The notes: generated by a model from the letters alone, not told the origin. A stretch of 64,000 nucleotides of DNA from Eledone cirrhosa (GCA_964016885.1 OZ024740.1:141794001-141858000); one strand, 5' to 3'; positions 13,862 through 28,548 are shown, counted from the first letter of the stretch. Made by a program: numbers and translations.

Positions 13862-14445
13862 CTGAAAAGTTCATAGGCTGAAGTTTATTTTCCAATATAG
13901 TCCCCTTTGTGATTAACACACTTCTTTCATAGGTGTTGCTGTGCTTGGATCCCATTAGGAAAGAAGCCTTCTTCCTGAAGCTGAAAAAAGTTATCAACAG
14001 CAGATATGACATCATTATCACTGCGATACTGGTTCCTAGCCAAGTGTTTCTTCATGTTGAGAAACAAGTGATAATCAGATGGGGCCAAATCAGAAGAATA
14101 GGGAAGGTGATCAACCAGTTCTAAGCCACAGTCATGCATAGCAACCATTGAAATCAAGAACATGTTTGCTGGAGCATTGTACTGATGAAACATGACCCTT
14201 TTCGTCAGCTTTCCTGGGCCTTTGGTCTTCATAGCCTTTCATAACTATCTCAGCAAGTTGGCATATTACTCCCCATTAAAGGTATAGCCCTTTTGAAGAT
14301 AGTCAATAAACACAATGCCTTTTGTATAAAAAGAGGCTTACAGATGAAACGACCATGGCCTTCTTTGGCGCAAGTGAGGAGGTGAGTTTCCACTGCATGG
14401 GTTGTCTCTTTGTTTCTGGCTCAAAGTGATAAACCCAACAATTGT
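13857..14445 (-). pseudogene. Decayed mariner (DD34D) transposase, 3' half, with terminal sequence in (TA)n
   Basis: WVYHFEPETKRQPMQWK...APKKA and FHQYNAPA...HLPYSSDLAPSDYHLF.NMKKHL correspond to the mariner HDNA and YSPDLAPSD motifs. Confidence 0.93.
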
Positions 14446-14779
14446 GTGAGTTCGATTTCTTCCCAGACCGGAGAATGTGTTGTGTCCTGCAGAAAGACAC
14501 TTTATTTCATGTTGCTTCAGTTTACTCAGCTGTAGAAATGAATTGCGACGTCACTAATGCCAAATTATATCGGCCTTTCACGTTCTCTTGGACAATATCA
14601 GTGGCATGGAGCATGGAGATTTATATGCATTGACGACTGCTGGTCTTCCACAAATACTCTTTGCCCGGAATCTTTGAGGGGAACTTTCTCTGTGTTAACT
14701 TATGGCCATTCATTACCGAAGGAGGTCTTTAGCCCATTATACACACACACACACACGCATATATATATATATATATATA

Positions 14780-15116
14780 TATATACTACTAAAACTCTGT
14801 GATTGCTTGCTTGTCTGTAATGTAATACAGTCAAAAGGGCGCATAATAGGAAAATACTTTGAAAGGAAGTTGACCCTGAAATGGGAATACAAATGGAATA
14901 AAACAAGTTACGCGTAAATCGGAGCACGGGTTCCCGAGATATGGGATTGGGATTTTGGGGGACCCTTCATAACAGAGAGAGATAGCGAGAAAGAGATAGT
15001 GGTTGTGAGAGAGTAGATTGAAAGAGAGACATAGAGAGGGGGAGAGGAGACAGAGAATGAGAGAGAGAGAGAGAGAGAGAGATCTGGTGTTGTTGTTGTG
15101 TACATATATATGTGAG

Positions 15117-15187
<71 letters not shown>

Positions 15188-15372
15188 CTATGACCAGTGT
15201 ATACAGATCACAGACACCCACATATATACACACACACACATTTATATATATATATATATATATATATGGGCCTTCCAGTTTCATTTCACATTATATACAT
15301 GTCTGTGCATATTTTAATTATTTAAAAATTATTTTTAAGTGAACGTGACCCAACGAGTCACGAGTGGCCTAG
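14780..15372 (+). mobile_element. Probable non-autonomous Helitron filled with microsatellites
   Basis: The 3' hairpin cgtgac(ccaacga)gtcacg is followed by CTAG|T at 15369-15372. The 5' region tatactactaaaa resembles Helitron starts, but that boundary is uncertain. Confidence 0.55.
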
Positions 15373-15374
15373 TG

Positions 15375-15620
<246 letters not shown>

Positions 15621-15795
15621 TGTGTGTGTGCGTGTGTGTGTGCGTGTGTAATGATACTTTAAAATGCTAACCATAGCGAAACTGTTTCGTACAGAAAAAA
15701 AATTAGATATGATTATGATTATTTCTGAAAACACAACAATTAAAAAAAACAAAAAACTAATATTTTGTATGAACTAATTTCGTTTCGTTGTGTTG

Positions 15796-15842
<47 letters not shown>

Positions 15843-15923
15843 ATGTACACTCGGTGAATCTTCAAAATTATTTTATTTTTCCTACATAGACACACACGCA
15901 CAGACACACACAAACACTCACGA

Positions 15924-15978
<55 letters not shown>

Positions 15979-16106
15979 AAATGTAAACAGAAATAACAAC
16001 ACAATCGGTATATATTTATATATATATATGTGTGTGTGTGAGAAGAGCGAGAGTGAGTGAGAGAGAGAGAGAGGGGGGGGGGGGGGGCGAGAGAGAGATT
16101 AGATAG

Positions 16107-16155
<49 letters not shown>

Positions 16156-16429
16156 AGGTGATGAGGAAAGTAAAAACAAGGTAACTGGAAGTTATTAGAT
16201 AACAACCAATGGAGTTGCTACCCCATCTAAGCCACTTAGTTGAAAATGTAAAGCTATTGACCATAGCTCAATTAAGCAAGGAACACTTGGCAAGTGAGTC
16301 TATCGTTTGAAGAAGATAATCCAACAAACTCAGGCTTACACCAGTGAGATTTAGCGAGCCATAGTTGCTGTCAGCTAACCCTATACATACACAAACACAC
16401 ACATACGTGCATACATACATACATACATA

Positions 16430-16727
16430 CATGGTGGCTGCCAACTCGTTTTCGAGTACGGCCACTACTTTATATCCATGTAGGAGAACCCCTACCGATG
16501 CGCTGAACGAGTGTGACTTTTTAGTCCAGCCAGCGACTTGAAAACTCTGGTACAAACGCTACACTTGTCACAATTATTGACACATAGTGCTGGGCCCATG
16601 TGACAAGTGCGGAGAGATCTCCAGATATAAAGCAATGCCTGTGCCGTGAAGCTTTTATAGTGAGCAAAGGCACTGCACAAAGCCAGTCCCACTCTCTTAA
16701 CCAAGAGGATATTTACCAAAAAGAAGA
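16430..16727 (-). mobile_element. 5'-truncated copy of the RTE-derived 610-bp element with (CATA)n tail
   Basis: Near-identical to 17669-17980. It encodes the C2H2-like remnant [23 protein letters not shown]. Confidence 0.85.
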
Positions 16728-17209
16728 ATATATATATATACATATATACATATACATATATACATATACATATATACATATATACATATACATATATACA
16801 TATATATATATATACATATACATATATATATATACACATATACATATATATACACATATACATATACATATACATATATATATATACATACATATACACA
16901 TATATATATATACATACATACATATACATATATATATATACATACATACATATACATATATATATATATATATATATACATATATACATACACATACATA
17001 TATACATACATATACATACATATACATATATATATATATACATATACATACATACATATACATATATACATACATACATATATACATATACATACATACA
17101 TATACATATATACATACATACATATACATATATATATATACATATATACATATATACATATATATATATATACATACATACATATATATATATATACATA
17201 TATACATAC

Positions 17210-17241
<32 letters not shown>

Positions 17242-17282
17242 ATACATACATATACATATATATATATACATATTTACATATA

Positions 17283-17314
<32 letters not shown>

Positions 17315-17351
17315 CATATATACATATTTACATACATATATATATATATAT

Positions 17352-17384
<33 letters not shown>

Positions 17385-17668
17385 CATACATACATATATA
17401 TATATATACATACATACATATATATATATATACATACTCCGTTGCTTAAACCATTTTGTTTGTTACCCTAACGTCCCCTTTATTTACGTGTCCCAACGAC
17501 TTTTTTTAGCCGTTGTTCGCACCAACCTGAGGTATATGGCCCTTAAAGCGATGAAATGCCTGGGACGGTTGGAGGGTCACTGATGAAGGACTTACTTTTT
17601 CATATGTACCCCATTTGCAACGCGCAGCTCATTATTATCATATATATATATACATACATACATATACA

Positions 17669-18280
17669 TATGGTGGCTGCCAACTCGTTTTCGAGTACGG
17701 CCACTACTTTATATCCATGTAGGAGATCCCCTACCGATGCGCTAAACGAGTGTGACTTTTTAGTCCAGCCAGCGACTTGAAAACTCTGGTACAAACACTA
17801 CACTTGTGACAATTATTGACACATAGTGCTGGGCCCATGATACCATGTGACGACAAGTGCAGAGAGATCTCCAGATATAAAGGAATGCCTGTGCCATGAA
17901 GCTTTTATAGTGAGCAAAGGCACTGCACAAAGCCAGTCCCACTCTTTTAACCAAGATGATATTTACCAAAAAGAAGAATAAGTCAACATCATTGGATACC
18001 ATCAGAGTTGCAGGTGTTATATCAGAGTTTTCCTTCTCCTAGAATTCTGCCTTGACAAAGGCTAAGGGGTCATCTCTCCCGGTGATTTTGGATGGCCATT
18101 GACTCTTAAGAGCTCCTTTGCCCTTTGACAGGTTTTGTTTTTAGTCCTGCAGGATGTCCAAAGTCACCCTCCTCACCAAGAAACCTCGGTGGGGTTGCCA
18201 GTTTAGTCGCTAACGACCCGACCATGAGACAGGTTGTACTGGCATACATGTTACCAGTAGCACCAACTGGTGAACTGACA
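17669..18280 (-). mobile_element. Non-autonomous RTE-related element, about 610 bp
   Basis: Reverse complement of 46214-46825 at high identity, with a (CATA)n 3' tail. Confidence 0.85.
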
Positions 18281-19112
18281 TATCGCTAATTGTGCACCCA
18301 ACAAACATCCAAACTTTAAAATTTTCCCCATTTACAAATTCATAGATAACGCTACTTTCATCCACCGTACCAATAAGGAAACGTATTTCATTAACAAATT
18401 CCAACCTCTACTTAATGCACTAAACTTCAGACTAAACTAAAACTGGGACGAACAATGAAACATTTACAAATACCTATGTCTCTCTAAAGAGTTACATCCC
18501 CTACACCCTACCTAATCCTTTTTATTAAATAAATTAAATATCATCCAGTATTTCTCTACCACCCTGAATTACTTCCCCCTGCATATTAACTTTCTAAAAA
18601 AGGGAAATCATATCAAACCCCAGTCCACCATTTGCCTCCATCAATTGATCAACTAAGCACTCTTGCAATATTAACACATTTTGATCTGCTTATCTTCAAG
18701 AACTATCCTGTAAATAACATTATTTTTTCTTTCACATTGCCTTATTATTACGCCCCACATTACGCCCCTTTTTTCTTTTTTCTTTTCACTTCATAAACCT
18801 TGTTTGTAAATAACATTATTCTTTCTGCACCATTTCCTTAACATGTTCAACACCACCATTCTAGACCAATACATATTATTATCATTTGATAATGCATAAC
18901 AATGCTGAAACCGGTAATAGACAATTATTAAATATATAAATAAATAAATAAATGACATTGTTAATTAATAAATAAATCAACTAATACCTTAAAACTTCAC
19001 ACAAACTAAAATATTACGTTTTAATCATTTTCTAACCCAGAAAAAAAGAGAGAAAAAAATAAAAAGGGGAAAAAAATATTTTTCTTCCTAATAATCGTCT
19101 TTTTTTCCCTGT

Positions 19113-19117
<5 letters not shown>
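18279..19117 (+). mobile_element. Penelope-like 3' fragment: GIY-YIG C-terminus, AT-rich 3' region, HHR variant, (TA)n end
   Basis: 18279-18420 translates, with one frameshift, as HIANCAPNKHPNFKIFPF/KFIDNATFIHRTNKETYFINKFQPLLN, matching R..KE..FI..F.P.LN. The motif TTGATAA-tgcat(aaca)atgct-GAAA-ccgg-TA lies at about 18881-18920. Confidence 0.75.
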
Positions 19118-19165
<48 letters not shown>

Positions 19166-19172
<7 letters not shown>

Positions 19173-19450
19173 TAATTAAAATAACAGATTAAAGTTTAAG
19201 CAAAGAATCGCTGCTTTCACCCTTAACTGTCTTCCTCCGGTTGCAACGTTTTTTGAAATATTCACTTCAGGCGTTCACAGATTGACTTTGTTAGTTTCAG
19301 AAGATCCCATTAAGGGTGAAAGCAGCCATTCTTTGCTTAAATTTTAATCTGTTATTTTAATAAATATTTGCTCTACGGTTCTTATATATTTGATATATAT
19401 TTATCCTTATCGAGCCCTCTTTGGATTTTAGTCTTCAAATTTATTATTAT

Positions 19451-19455
<5 letters not shown>
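19166..19455. mobile_element. Fold-back insert in (TA)n with HHR-like motif (CAGAAGA core); second one-armed copy 28641-28805
   Basis: 19166-19227 is inverted relative to 19310-19365. The motif agttt-CAGAAGA-tccc(attaa)gggt-GAAA-gcag...ttgc-TT-aaa(c/t)t lies at 19293-19343. Confidence 0.75.
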
Positions 19456-19502
<47 letters not shown>

Positions 19503-19506
<4 letters not shown>

Positions 19507-19620
19507 GTAGAACACTGGAAGGTAATATCCGTAGTACTAGAGCACTCAGTCCATGGGACGAGTTTGGTAGAAGTAGTAACAAAACCTCGGTATGGTGAAC
19601 TAACTGTTGTGTTACTACCC
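19503..19620. mobile_element. Two-armed (TA)n insert (family D), homologous to 62987-63270
   Basis: 19505-19577 is the reverse complement of about 63195-63266, while 19586-19617 matches 63172 onward in direct orientation. Confidence 0.7.
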
Positions 19621-20929
19621 CCCCCAAATTCCCTCTAAATGACCCTCCCGGTCAAAGCGTAGTAGTGTTATCTAGTGTGTGTGTGTGTGTGTGTGTGTTA
19701 TCTTTTTATGTGTCTACAATTTAGTAAGCAGCCAAAATTCTGCTTGCTTCAACCGACGCAATTGATCAACTCAAGATTCTATAACGCATGCACTGCATGC
19801 GTTGCATGCACGCACCCTTCGCCCCTGATATATGTATGTATATATATACATATATATATCTACACACACATACAGATACACACATATATAATTATATCCG
19901 ATTCGTGAATTAAGGTGTATGTGGCAGAGTATACCATGTAGTTCTCGGACAGAATGTGGGTGACACACTATATGACAAGTTCACATTAAATTACAGGTTC
20001 CATGCTGCTTCTATCTACCCAATTTCACACGCATGGACCGACCGGATGTTAAGATAAATCACACATGTCTAAAATGCCGCGTATTGGGATCAAATCAGTG
20101 ACTTTGTCATTCCTAAGTGGATTTAACCATGCAGCCAATCTGTTTTTTTTAGTACAGTTGGTTAGGGAACTTTCTTTGTCACATTTTTAATGAAAGACCT
20201 GCCCAGGATTTATAAAAGCAATTTGTAACTACACAATAAAGTTGGAGGGATTTAGTCATATAACTAACTCTCCCTTTAAGATGTGGTTTCGATCATAACT
20301 ATTCTTACATTGAATTATGATGCGATGTCTTTAGATTAATATAAATACTTCGATCCTTTCGTTATCATATTTCTAATGAAATATACTATGTATGTTTGTG
20401 TAAATAATTACAAAATAATCAGGATTTTGGAAAGTAATATGAAGTTCCTCATTATTAAGTTGGTGTTTGGAACATAGATTAACCAAGGTTCTTACAGAAA
20501 ATCACGATGGAAGGTTTTTAGATAAATATAAACATTTATAAATAAACAGTTCTGTATCATATAATCAGGGATGGTTCTGTGCGGTCTGTATCAATCGGGG
20601 TAAGTCGTAGTTGTGGTAAACATAGTAGAGTACCGAAGTGAACATTTTACATTGTAGAGCTCCGATTACACATGTTGTGCGTTTACATTTAGCAACTTTT
20701 CATCTTTGTTGCAATTCACTCTTCCTTTGTCAACAAATTATGTAACTAAGTCAACGTGTAACACGAGCTTCTATATGGTCTTCTAACAGACAAACCAGCC
20801 AAATCCTGCTCAAAATCAACCGAATGTTTACCACATAGAAGTACACATTGAGTAATGCATTCTAGTTCTAGATGTATTGTCGTAATATAAGATGGATTGG
20901 TCATGGCTGGAGAGATTTCATCATAGGGA

Positions 20930-21242
20930 TAACAACAATAATAGCAACGGTACCTCCACCATCACTCCCTTTCAACAACAAAAGCTGAAGCAATAACGAC
21001 AGCAACAGCAGCAACAGCACCACCACCACCACCACCAACAACACCACCACCAAACCACAGCAACAACAACAATAGCAGTTACACGACCCAAAACAGCAAA
21101 AATATCAACAAAATCATCAATATCAACAATAACATCATAAACAATAACTACATCAACAATAAAGGCATAAACAAAAACAAAAACAGCAGCAGCAGTAACA
21201 GCTACAACAACAACCATATCAACTCATGCAACTACAATAACA
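20930..21242. repeat. Degenerate (CAA/CAG/CAC)n trinucleotide low-complexity tract
   Basis: Read directly from the sequence. Confidence 0.9.
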
Positions 21243-22648
21243 CTGATCTTCAGTTAGAAATGTGTGCTCCATGTGCTTCATGTGTTAATGGAAGAAATCG
21301 ATATCTTGTCATCGATCGAGAAAATAATTTCTCATATTTTACAACCTAAGTTTCATTTCTCTATATTTCAACCAATGGGAGCAGGCATGGCTGTGTGGGT
21401 AAACATGCTTGCTTCGTTACTTCGGTTTCGGGTTCAACTACACATCTCCTTGGAGAAGTGACTTCTCATCGAGACCTTAACTCCTGATATAAGAGCGCCG
21501 TCTTAGACATTTGAATCTGGCGGAGCCCATCCCTATCTTGGTCCGGACACAGCCGACTTCTTCCAAAGAGAGCGAGAGAGAGAGAGAGAAAGAGAGAAAA
21601 CGGCGTGTGTTATGGACCCCAGTATTAAACTAGTTCCTTATCGACCTCGTAAAAATGAAGGCAAATTTGACATTGGCAGGATTTGAATTCAGGACATGGA
21701 AAGCAGGAACAAATACACAAACCATTCCATCCAGCGTTCTAACGATTCTGTCACTTCATAGCCTCGACTTGATCAAAGCTTTCCGAGTAAAATTTGTTAA
21801 AATTCAGAAATTGTATGGAAGCTTGTCAGCGTTGTTCTTGTTCTTGAATGGTAGTCTTACTCCATTGTCTAGTTTAACAGCATAATCTGGTTCTTGGGTA
21901 ACTTCAGAAGAGCCCACTCTGTTACACGTGCTGGGCCACATCTCCGGTTTGAAGATCATTTTCTTCCTTTCTCCACTATACATAGATGTCTTTAAAAGAG
22001 TCATGAGCACTGCTTTTCTGTCCATTAGTCAATCTGATCCTAAAAAATGTTATGGGCACTACAGCCCATCAGTGAAGGAGGCGATAATAAGAGCTATGGA
22101 CGCTGCCTTACTCCAATCAGCCACGAAGGCCCCGACGAAAGCTTTACAACCTTCCTTTCGGCTCAGTAGTTAAAGAGTTCATGAAAACAATTAGAGACGC
22201 TACCCTACCTCCCACCAATGACGGAGGATATGAAAAGCGACATGGGTTCTATCTTTTCCCTCTTACTTAAGTCATACAAACACAATGAATATTATGTTAG
22301 GGAACGTGGCCTAGAGGTTAGTGTGATGGACTCATGAACATGAGCCATGCACGTTGTGTTTTCAGCAAGATGCTCAATTCCATGTTGTATTTCATGATAT
22401 CATTAGAGCCTCTATCATAAAAATTCCCGAGAAACCTCATATGGGATGCAACTTCATGAGGCCAGCTAAACGTCCATAGCTGTTAGCTGTAAATTTCATT
22501 TACGATGAATAGAATTTAAGATCCTGTTAAGAATTTAAGAACCAGTTGTCTTACCACAAGTACTCTAGCAATATTTCCTTTCTCCATATGCAATGGTCAA
22601 TAAAATGTTGCAAGTAATATATATATGTGTGTGTGTGTCTATGTATAT

Positions 22649-22721
<73 letters not shown>

Positions 22722-23384
22722 GTGTATGGATGTATGTGTGTGTGCGTGTGTTGAATATCATAAACTATATTCTCGCTTTCAAATGAATGTTAACATGTAA
22801 ACATCAATATATGAATTTGCAGGTAATTTAGAAAAAAAGCAACAACAAAAATGCAAAAACCAATAACCAATAACCAATAACCAATAATCAGAATAAAAGA
22901 GAAAACTAAAAGAAACCAATAAATTCCCACATAAGTTTACCAGGAATACACACTTTTGTTCATTTTGTTACAATTACCATTATTTCACAACTGTTTTCTC
23001 TCAAACAAGTTCTAAGATAATTACATTATGAAAGAGTCACTTCAGCCATTCAAAAACTGTTAAATTCACTTTATTTTTATCATTTAATTTTTGGTGTCAA
23101 AATTTGTGTCGAACTGTTACTTTATATATTCGACTTGGAAAGGACAATTAAAATTGACCTCAGCCGGATTTGAATCGAGGGGGTAGAGGACCAGAATAAA
23201 TACCACAATGCAGGTATTTAAACTAAAGATTCTGCAAATTCATCATTTAAAATTTTCGACAGGAGAGAATATAATCGATAATAATTATCCAATATATGAC
23301 AGTATATAATTTATTGTAAAAACCAGATTATTTTTTTCAGATCATACTTTTTCAGATCATACTTTTTCCTATATATATATATAC

Positions 23385-23488
<104 letters not shown>

Positions 23489-23553
23489 GTATATATATAT
23501 ATGTATATATATATACATATATATTTCAGCTTACATACATACACACACACACG

Positions 23554-23634
<81 letters not shown>

Positions 23635-23673
23635 ACACACATACACGCATACACACACACACACACACACAGA

Positions 23674-23741
<68 letters not shown>

Positions 23742-24395
23742 TATACATACGTATACATACATAAATAAGCCTATAAGAAATTCATGATTCAATAGCAATT
23801 TTCCCTATTCCCCCATTGCACAAAGCTACCGCCACTCCACCCTCTATAAAGCTGCATTTATCTAAAACACTGACACCCACACACGTTTGCTGTATACAGC
23901 AACGCCAATGTTCTGCAGATCATAGAAGTTATAGAAATAACGAAATAAACCCCCAAAACAAGGAACCAATCCCCCTCCAAATAACAAAATATACACAAAA
24001 AAAAAGAAAAAAAGAAAAGAAGATATGACTATATAAAATTCAAAATGGCGAGCCTTTCAAAATGTTTTTTAACAATTAGCTCTTTCAGCTCGTAAGATTA
24101 AACTTGTTGTTGGCAGGTCTTCAACAAATGACCAATTAATAAACTCCATTGCCAATCTCCTATTTTATTCTCACCTTCTTTCTCACTATCATCCTCTCTC
24201 TCTCTCTCATTTTTCATGCTTACTTACATATACACGTATCCAATGTAGGCATATGGGAACACACAGACACAAACACACACACTATCTCCCCCACACATCC
24301 ACACGCATACATGCATTTAAACATATACTTGACTATGCATATGTAAACAGGTATACATAACGTGCGAACACACACAAATATATATATATTTATAT

Positions 24396-24842
24396 ACGAT
24401 ATATTAACAAATGGAAACTATATTTATAAAACCATATTTATTTCATTATACATATTTCAAGGACACCAAGTTAAATTATGGTGTGCTTTCATCAGATAAA
24501 ATATAATATAGATCAGTTTTATAAATAAATATTGACATACCCTTAAAGAATGCGACCATTTCTATTGGAAGCTCCCGGATAGTCAACAGAAATGGTCGCA
24601 TTCTTTATGGGTATGTCAATATTTACTTATAAAACTGATCTATATTATATTTTATCTGATGAAAGCACACCATAATTTAACATGGTGTCCTTGAAATATG
24701 TATAATGAAATAAATATGGTTTTATAAATATAGTTTCCATTTGTTAATATATCGTTTTTACTCCAATAATTTGTTGAGTGGTTTATATCAGTTATAAAAA
24801 TATTTGCTTGTTGTATCCCAACAATTTAAATATAACTTCTAC
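24396..24842. mobile_element. Palindromic HHR insert in TA-rich site
   Basis: Arms 24396-24567 and 24584-24755 with a spacer of about 16 bp. The right arm has about 85 bp of extra tail. Confidence 0.92.
24648..24712 (+). ncRNA. Minimal type I hammerhead; mirror copy about 24439-24503(-)
   Basis: tattttat-CTGATGA-aagcacaccat(aatttaac)atggtgtcctt-GAAA-tatgta-TA-atgaaata, with an 8-bp stem I. Confidence 0.9.
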
Positions 24843-24861
24843 ATATATATATTTATATATA

Positions 24862-25390
24862 TATTCCATTTTAAAGCCTAACTTAACTAGCAACTACACA
24901 GCCATCCTATTCTCCATATATTTTATCATGTTTCGCTGTGACCCGTTTTCTCTGGCCCTCTACCTATTTCGTTACTATCTACTCTTCCCCCTCTTTCTTC
25001 CTCTCCCTTTCTCCCTCTCACTTTCACTCACCCTCTCTCTGCCAACCACCTCATTGTTTCCCTCGCCTGACCTTCTAGCAGTCCTTTTCTCACTTACACT
25101 CGCTGGGGTCAGTCGTGTCTTTTCGTTCGACCACACGCTCTCGAACTTAAGTTCTGTTACCGCTGTGGCTTTGGATTTTCTTACCTTAAGTTGCTTACAT
25201 ATTCCTCGGTTTGTTGTTTTTTCGCTGTTTTCTCTTTTCTTCCCTTTTCCTCTTTCCCTTCTATTTTCTTTCTTTCCGTCCTCCGTTTTCCCAATAACTT
25301 AAACGAGTTATTGAAAGCTCTTGCTTTCTTCTTATTCTCATTCCATTTTTAAGCCTAACTTAACTAGCAACTACATAGCCATCTTATTCT

Positions 25391-25393
<3 letters not shown>
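24862..25393 (+). repeat. About 55-bp direct repeats enclosing about 420 bp, between microsatellites
   Basis: attccatttt.aagcctaacttaactagcaactaca.agccatc.tattctcca occurs at about 24863-24916 and 25340-25393. Confidence 0.8.
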
Positions 25394-25487
<94 letters not shown>

Positions 25488-25526
25488 TGTGTGTTGTGTA
25501 TATAGATATATATATATATATATATA

Positions 25527-25864
25527 TAACCAAAAGTTTATATGGTTCGTTGATTATTCAACAATTCAATTTTACAATAGATTAGAAGCACTCGACAGTG
25601 TTATCTGGAGTATCCATAATATTATTCAAAATATTAATAAATGAGAAATATTATCATAACCAAAGTATATATTTTATTATACCTATTTCGCTACAGGAAT
25701 TGAAGATTCAAGACCTTAGCCGTATGTCGCATATCCAATCTCTTATATATTTTATCTGATGAAAACGTACTGAAACACCATTGTACCTTTGAAATATGTA
25801 TAATACAATATATACTTTGGTTATGATAATATTTCTCATTTATTAATATTTTGAATAATATTAT
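25527..25864. mobile_element. Fold-back HHR insert in (TA)n
   Basis: 25616-25689 is inverted relative to 25791-25864. The left arm stops at the ribozyme GAAA box. Confidence 0.88.
25747..25811 (+). ncRNA. Minimal type I hammerhead related to the 24648 motif
   Basis: atattttat-CTGATGA-aaacgtac...gtaccttt-GAAA-tatgta-TA-atacaatat. Confidence 0.82.
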
Positions 25865-26548
25865 ATATATATATATAATATTATATATATATATATAATA
25901 TATATATATATATAATATATATATATATATAAAATCCCGCCAAGGTTTTAACTTTGCCTTTCATCCTTACGGGGTCGATAAAATAAAGTACCAGTAATGT
26001 ACTGGGTAATTGCTGGCCTTGTGCCGAAAGTAGAAACAATTATATATATATATATAAAAATCGGAATGGATGCAGTTAGGCCATTATTCACTAGAGTCCT
26101 CGAAACTTTGGGTAGTAGAGTGGGTAATATGAAGGATTCGGGACCCCGACCGCTGAGCTCTTGCTGTTGATGCAAATTCTACCACCCTCTCTACTAATTG
26201 ATTTTACAGTTGTCAATAACTCATTGATACTTAAATTTCATTGGCCAACGCCTAACAATTATCTATCAGTCACAAATCCCATTTGTATAGATATATACTT
26301 AGAATAAATGAACCCTTCAAATATGTAGGCGTTCGTGTGTATGTTTGTGTATATGTGTATGTGAATGCGAATAGGAACATTGTCTTTTATCTGTGTCCTT
26401 GTATTATTGTGTATATCTAAAAAATATTTTTTACAAATAATCCTTGTTCTTGAAAATCTCTTGGCCAATGACTTCCACCCATTCCCCAAATCACCACCTT
26501 TCCCAACCACCAGAAAACATATAAATACAACAGTTTGACAAGGACAGT

Positions 26549-26695
26549 TGGTTTTCCTGATGATTTCTTTTGAATGAAACAGTTCCAGTCGCGTAGAAGC
26601 CATTTCTATTTTAAGCACGATGTATACACTCTACTAATATATTGAGTATCTTACTAACTGTGGTTAGCCCCGATTAAACCCGGGACTCACACACA
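26549..26695 (+). mobile_element. HHR-bearing element (family F) ending in (CA)n; other copies 34070-34243 and 46877-46985
   Basis: ggttttc-CTGATGA-tttc(tttt)gaat-GAAA-cag...TA-gaagcc. The 46877 copy preserves GAAA-CAG(ttctagtc)CTG-TA-GAAGCC. All copies share the tail gtggtta.ccc.att.aacccg.ga followed by (ca)n. Confidence 0.72.
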
Positions 26696-27160
26696 TACAA
26701 ATACACACATATACACGCACACAAACACACACACACAGACACTATGCATTTAGTTGTAATAAATTTGGGAGAGATTAAGGGAGAGTGGGAGAGAGTGAGG
26801 GAGACTGAGAGAGATATTTATAGAAACATAGGGCTAAATAATAAAATGGAAAATGAAAGTAATGGAAAGGAATTACAAAAGGTATGGCAAATGACAGAAA
26901 AAAAAAACTACCAGAAAAATAGTATATGGAGAAGTAAACTATGAGATAGATAGATGGCGAGAGAAAGGGAGTGAGGCAGAGACAGACGAATCCTAACAGG
27001 AAAATAGAATATGGAGAAGAGAACAGCGGGAGAATAAGGGACAGGAAACGTGCCAGGAAGGAGAGACGAAGAGAGATGGAGAAGGGAGAGAATGAGATAT
27101 AAAGATAAGAGATAGAGGGGGAGAGAGCGAGTGAGAAGGAGGGACGGAGAGAAGCTGGGA

Positions 27161-27200
<40 letters not shown>

Positions 27201-28548
27201 GTGAGAGAGAGAGAGAGAGGGAGAGAGAGAGAGAGAGGCAGTGAAAGAGAGCCAGAGACAGAGAGTGAAAGAGAAGGTGGAAATAAGAACAAACAACGCA
27301 AGGATTCAAGAAAGACGAAGTATTCTGTAACTGGAAGTGCAGAGATAGGTTAAGGGTGGGTTCTATGGTATATCGATTTCTTAGACAGGCACCAGATGAT
27401 AAATGAGTTTTTGTCATCGTTAATTCAATTTAGAAAAGTATTATTAAAACAACCGAGATGGGATTTGTTACAACCAGAAAACATGGTTCACAGAACCAGT
27501 GCTTTCATTAAGTCCTTACTAGGTAGCTGCGTAGGGCGCAGAACTCAGAGAAACGTATTACTGGCTCCTAAAGGGTCACAATTTGATACAAATTTATATA
27601 ATTAAATAAAATATATAATAATTTCCTGCAATCAATAATTAAATCACTAAATATCTTCGCGGCGTAGCAGTTTTATGGATATAACCAAAGTAGTGTAGAG
27701 GATAATATAGTATTATGACATGCAACATAATATGGCGTGGGTAAGTACGAACTATCTAATGGAAAATGGGGGACAAGTAATTTTCATGGCATGCAAGAAT
27801 TATCAAGAGCTAGATTCATCATCTTACCAAAACCTAAGTTTTAATTATTTTATTTACGTGAAGGAGGTGCACTTTGTGTTGATAGCCCAGGGTACTAAAT
27901 ACCCAAGCACTGGCTCTAATGGTGGCTGTTCTATCTCGTGGTGGACTACTCCAATAAGCCATCGTTTGTTACATGGAGACAGAGAGTGAGCTCAACAAAG
28001 AAATCCAGATCTTTCAAAACATTTTGGCCAATACTTTGTCTTTCATATACCCATTCACCCATCCATCCATGTGTCCATAACACCGGATGGGAAGGTGCTT
28101 GATGTAGTGCTGAAGGTAATGGATTCAAAATTACAAGGTCGTGGATTCTACACCTGGAACAGTTGGCAGGTTGTATTCTTGAACACGACACTTCATTTCA
28201 GGTTGTTTTCATGATAGGGCTGGGTCTCTATCATTAAAATATATGAGATATACTTTCGATGAAGTCAGCTTAGTCTGCATAAATGAGCTGTAAATGTCAT
28301 CTTTCTTTTTTCATTTAAACAGCTAAAGGATGGCCTTTTCAGACCAGTTGGGATACATCCCTCACAAGATGTCAACAAAGTAGATATCTTTCGGGAAAAA
28401 GGATATGGCATAACCATCATATCAGTTTGTATGACCTTTTTAACGTATGTTTATTGCTCTGGATCATTCGTATCTATCGAGCGCTTGCCAACACAAATCG
28501 AAGGTTGCTTTTCGCTGTTTTTCTACTCGCCGAAATGCGATTCTCGCT

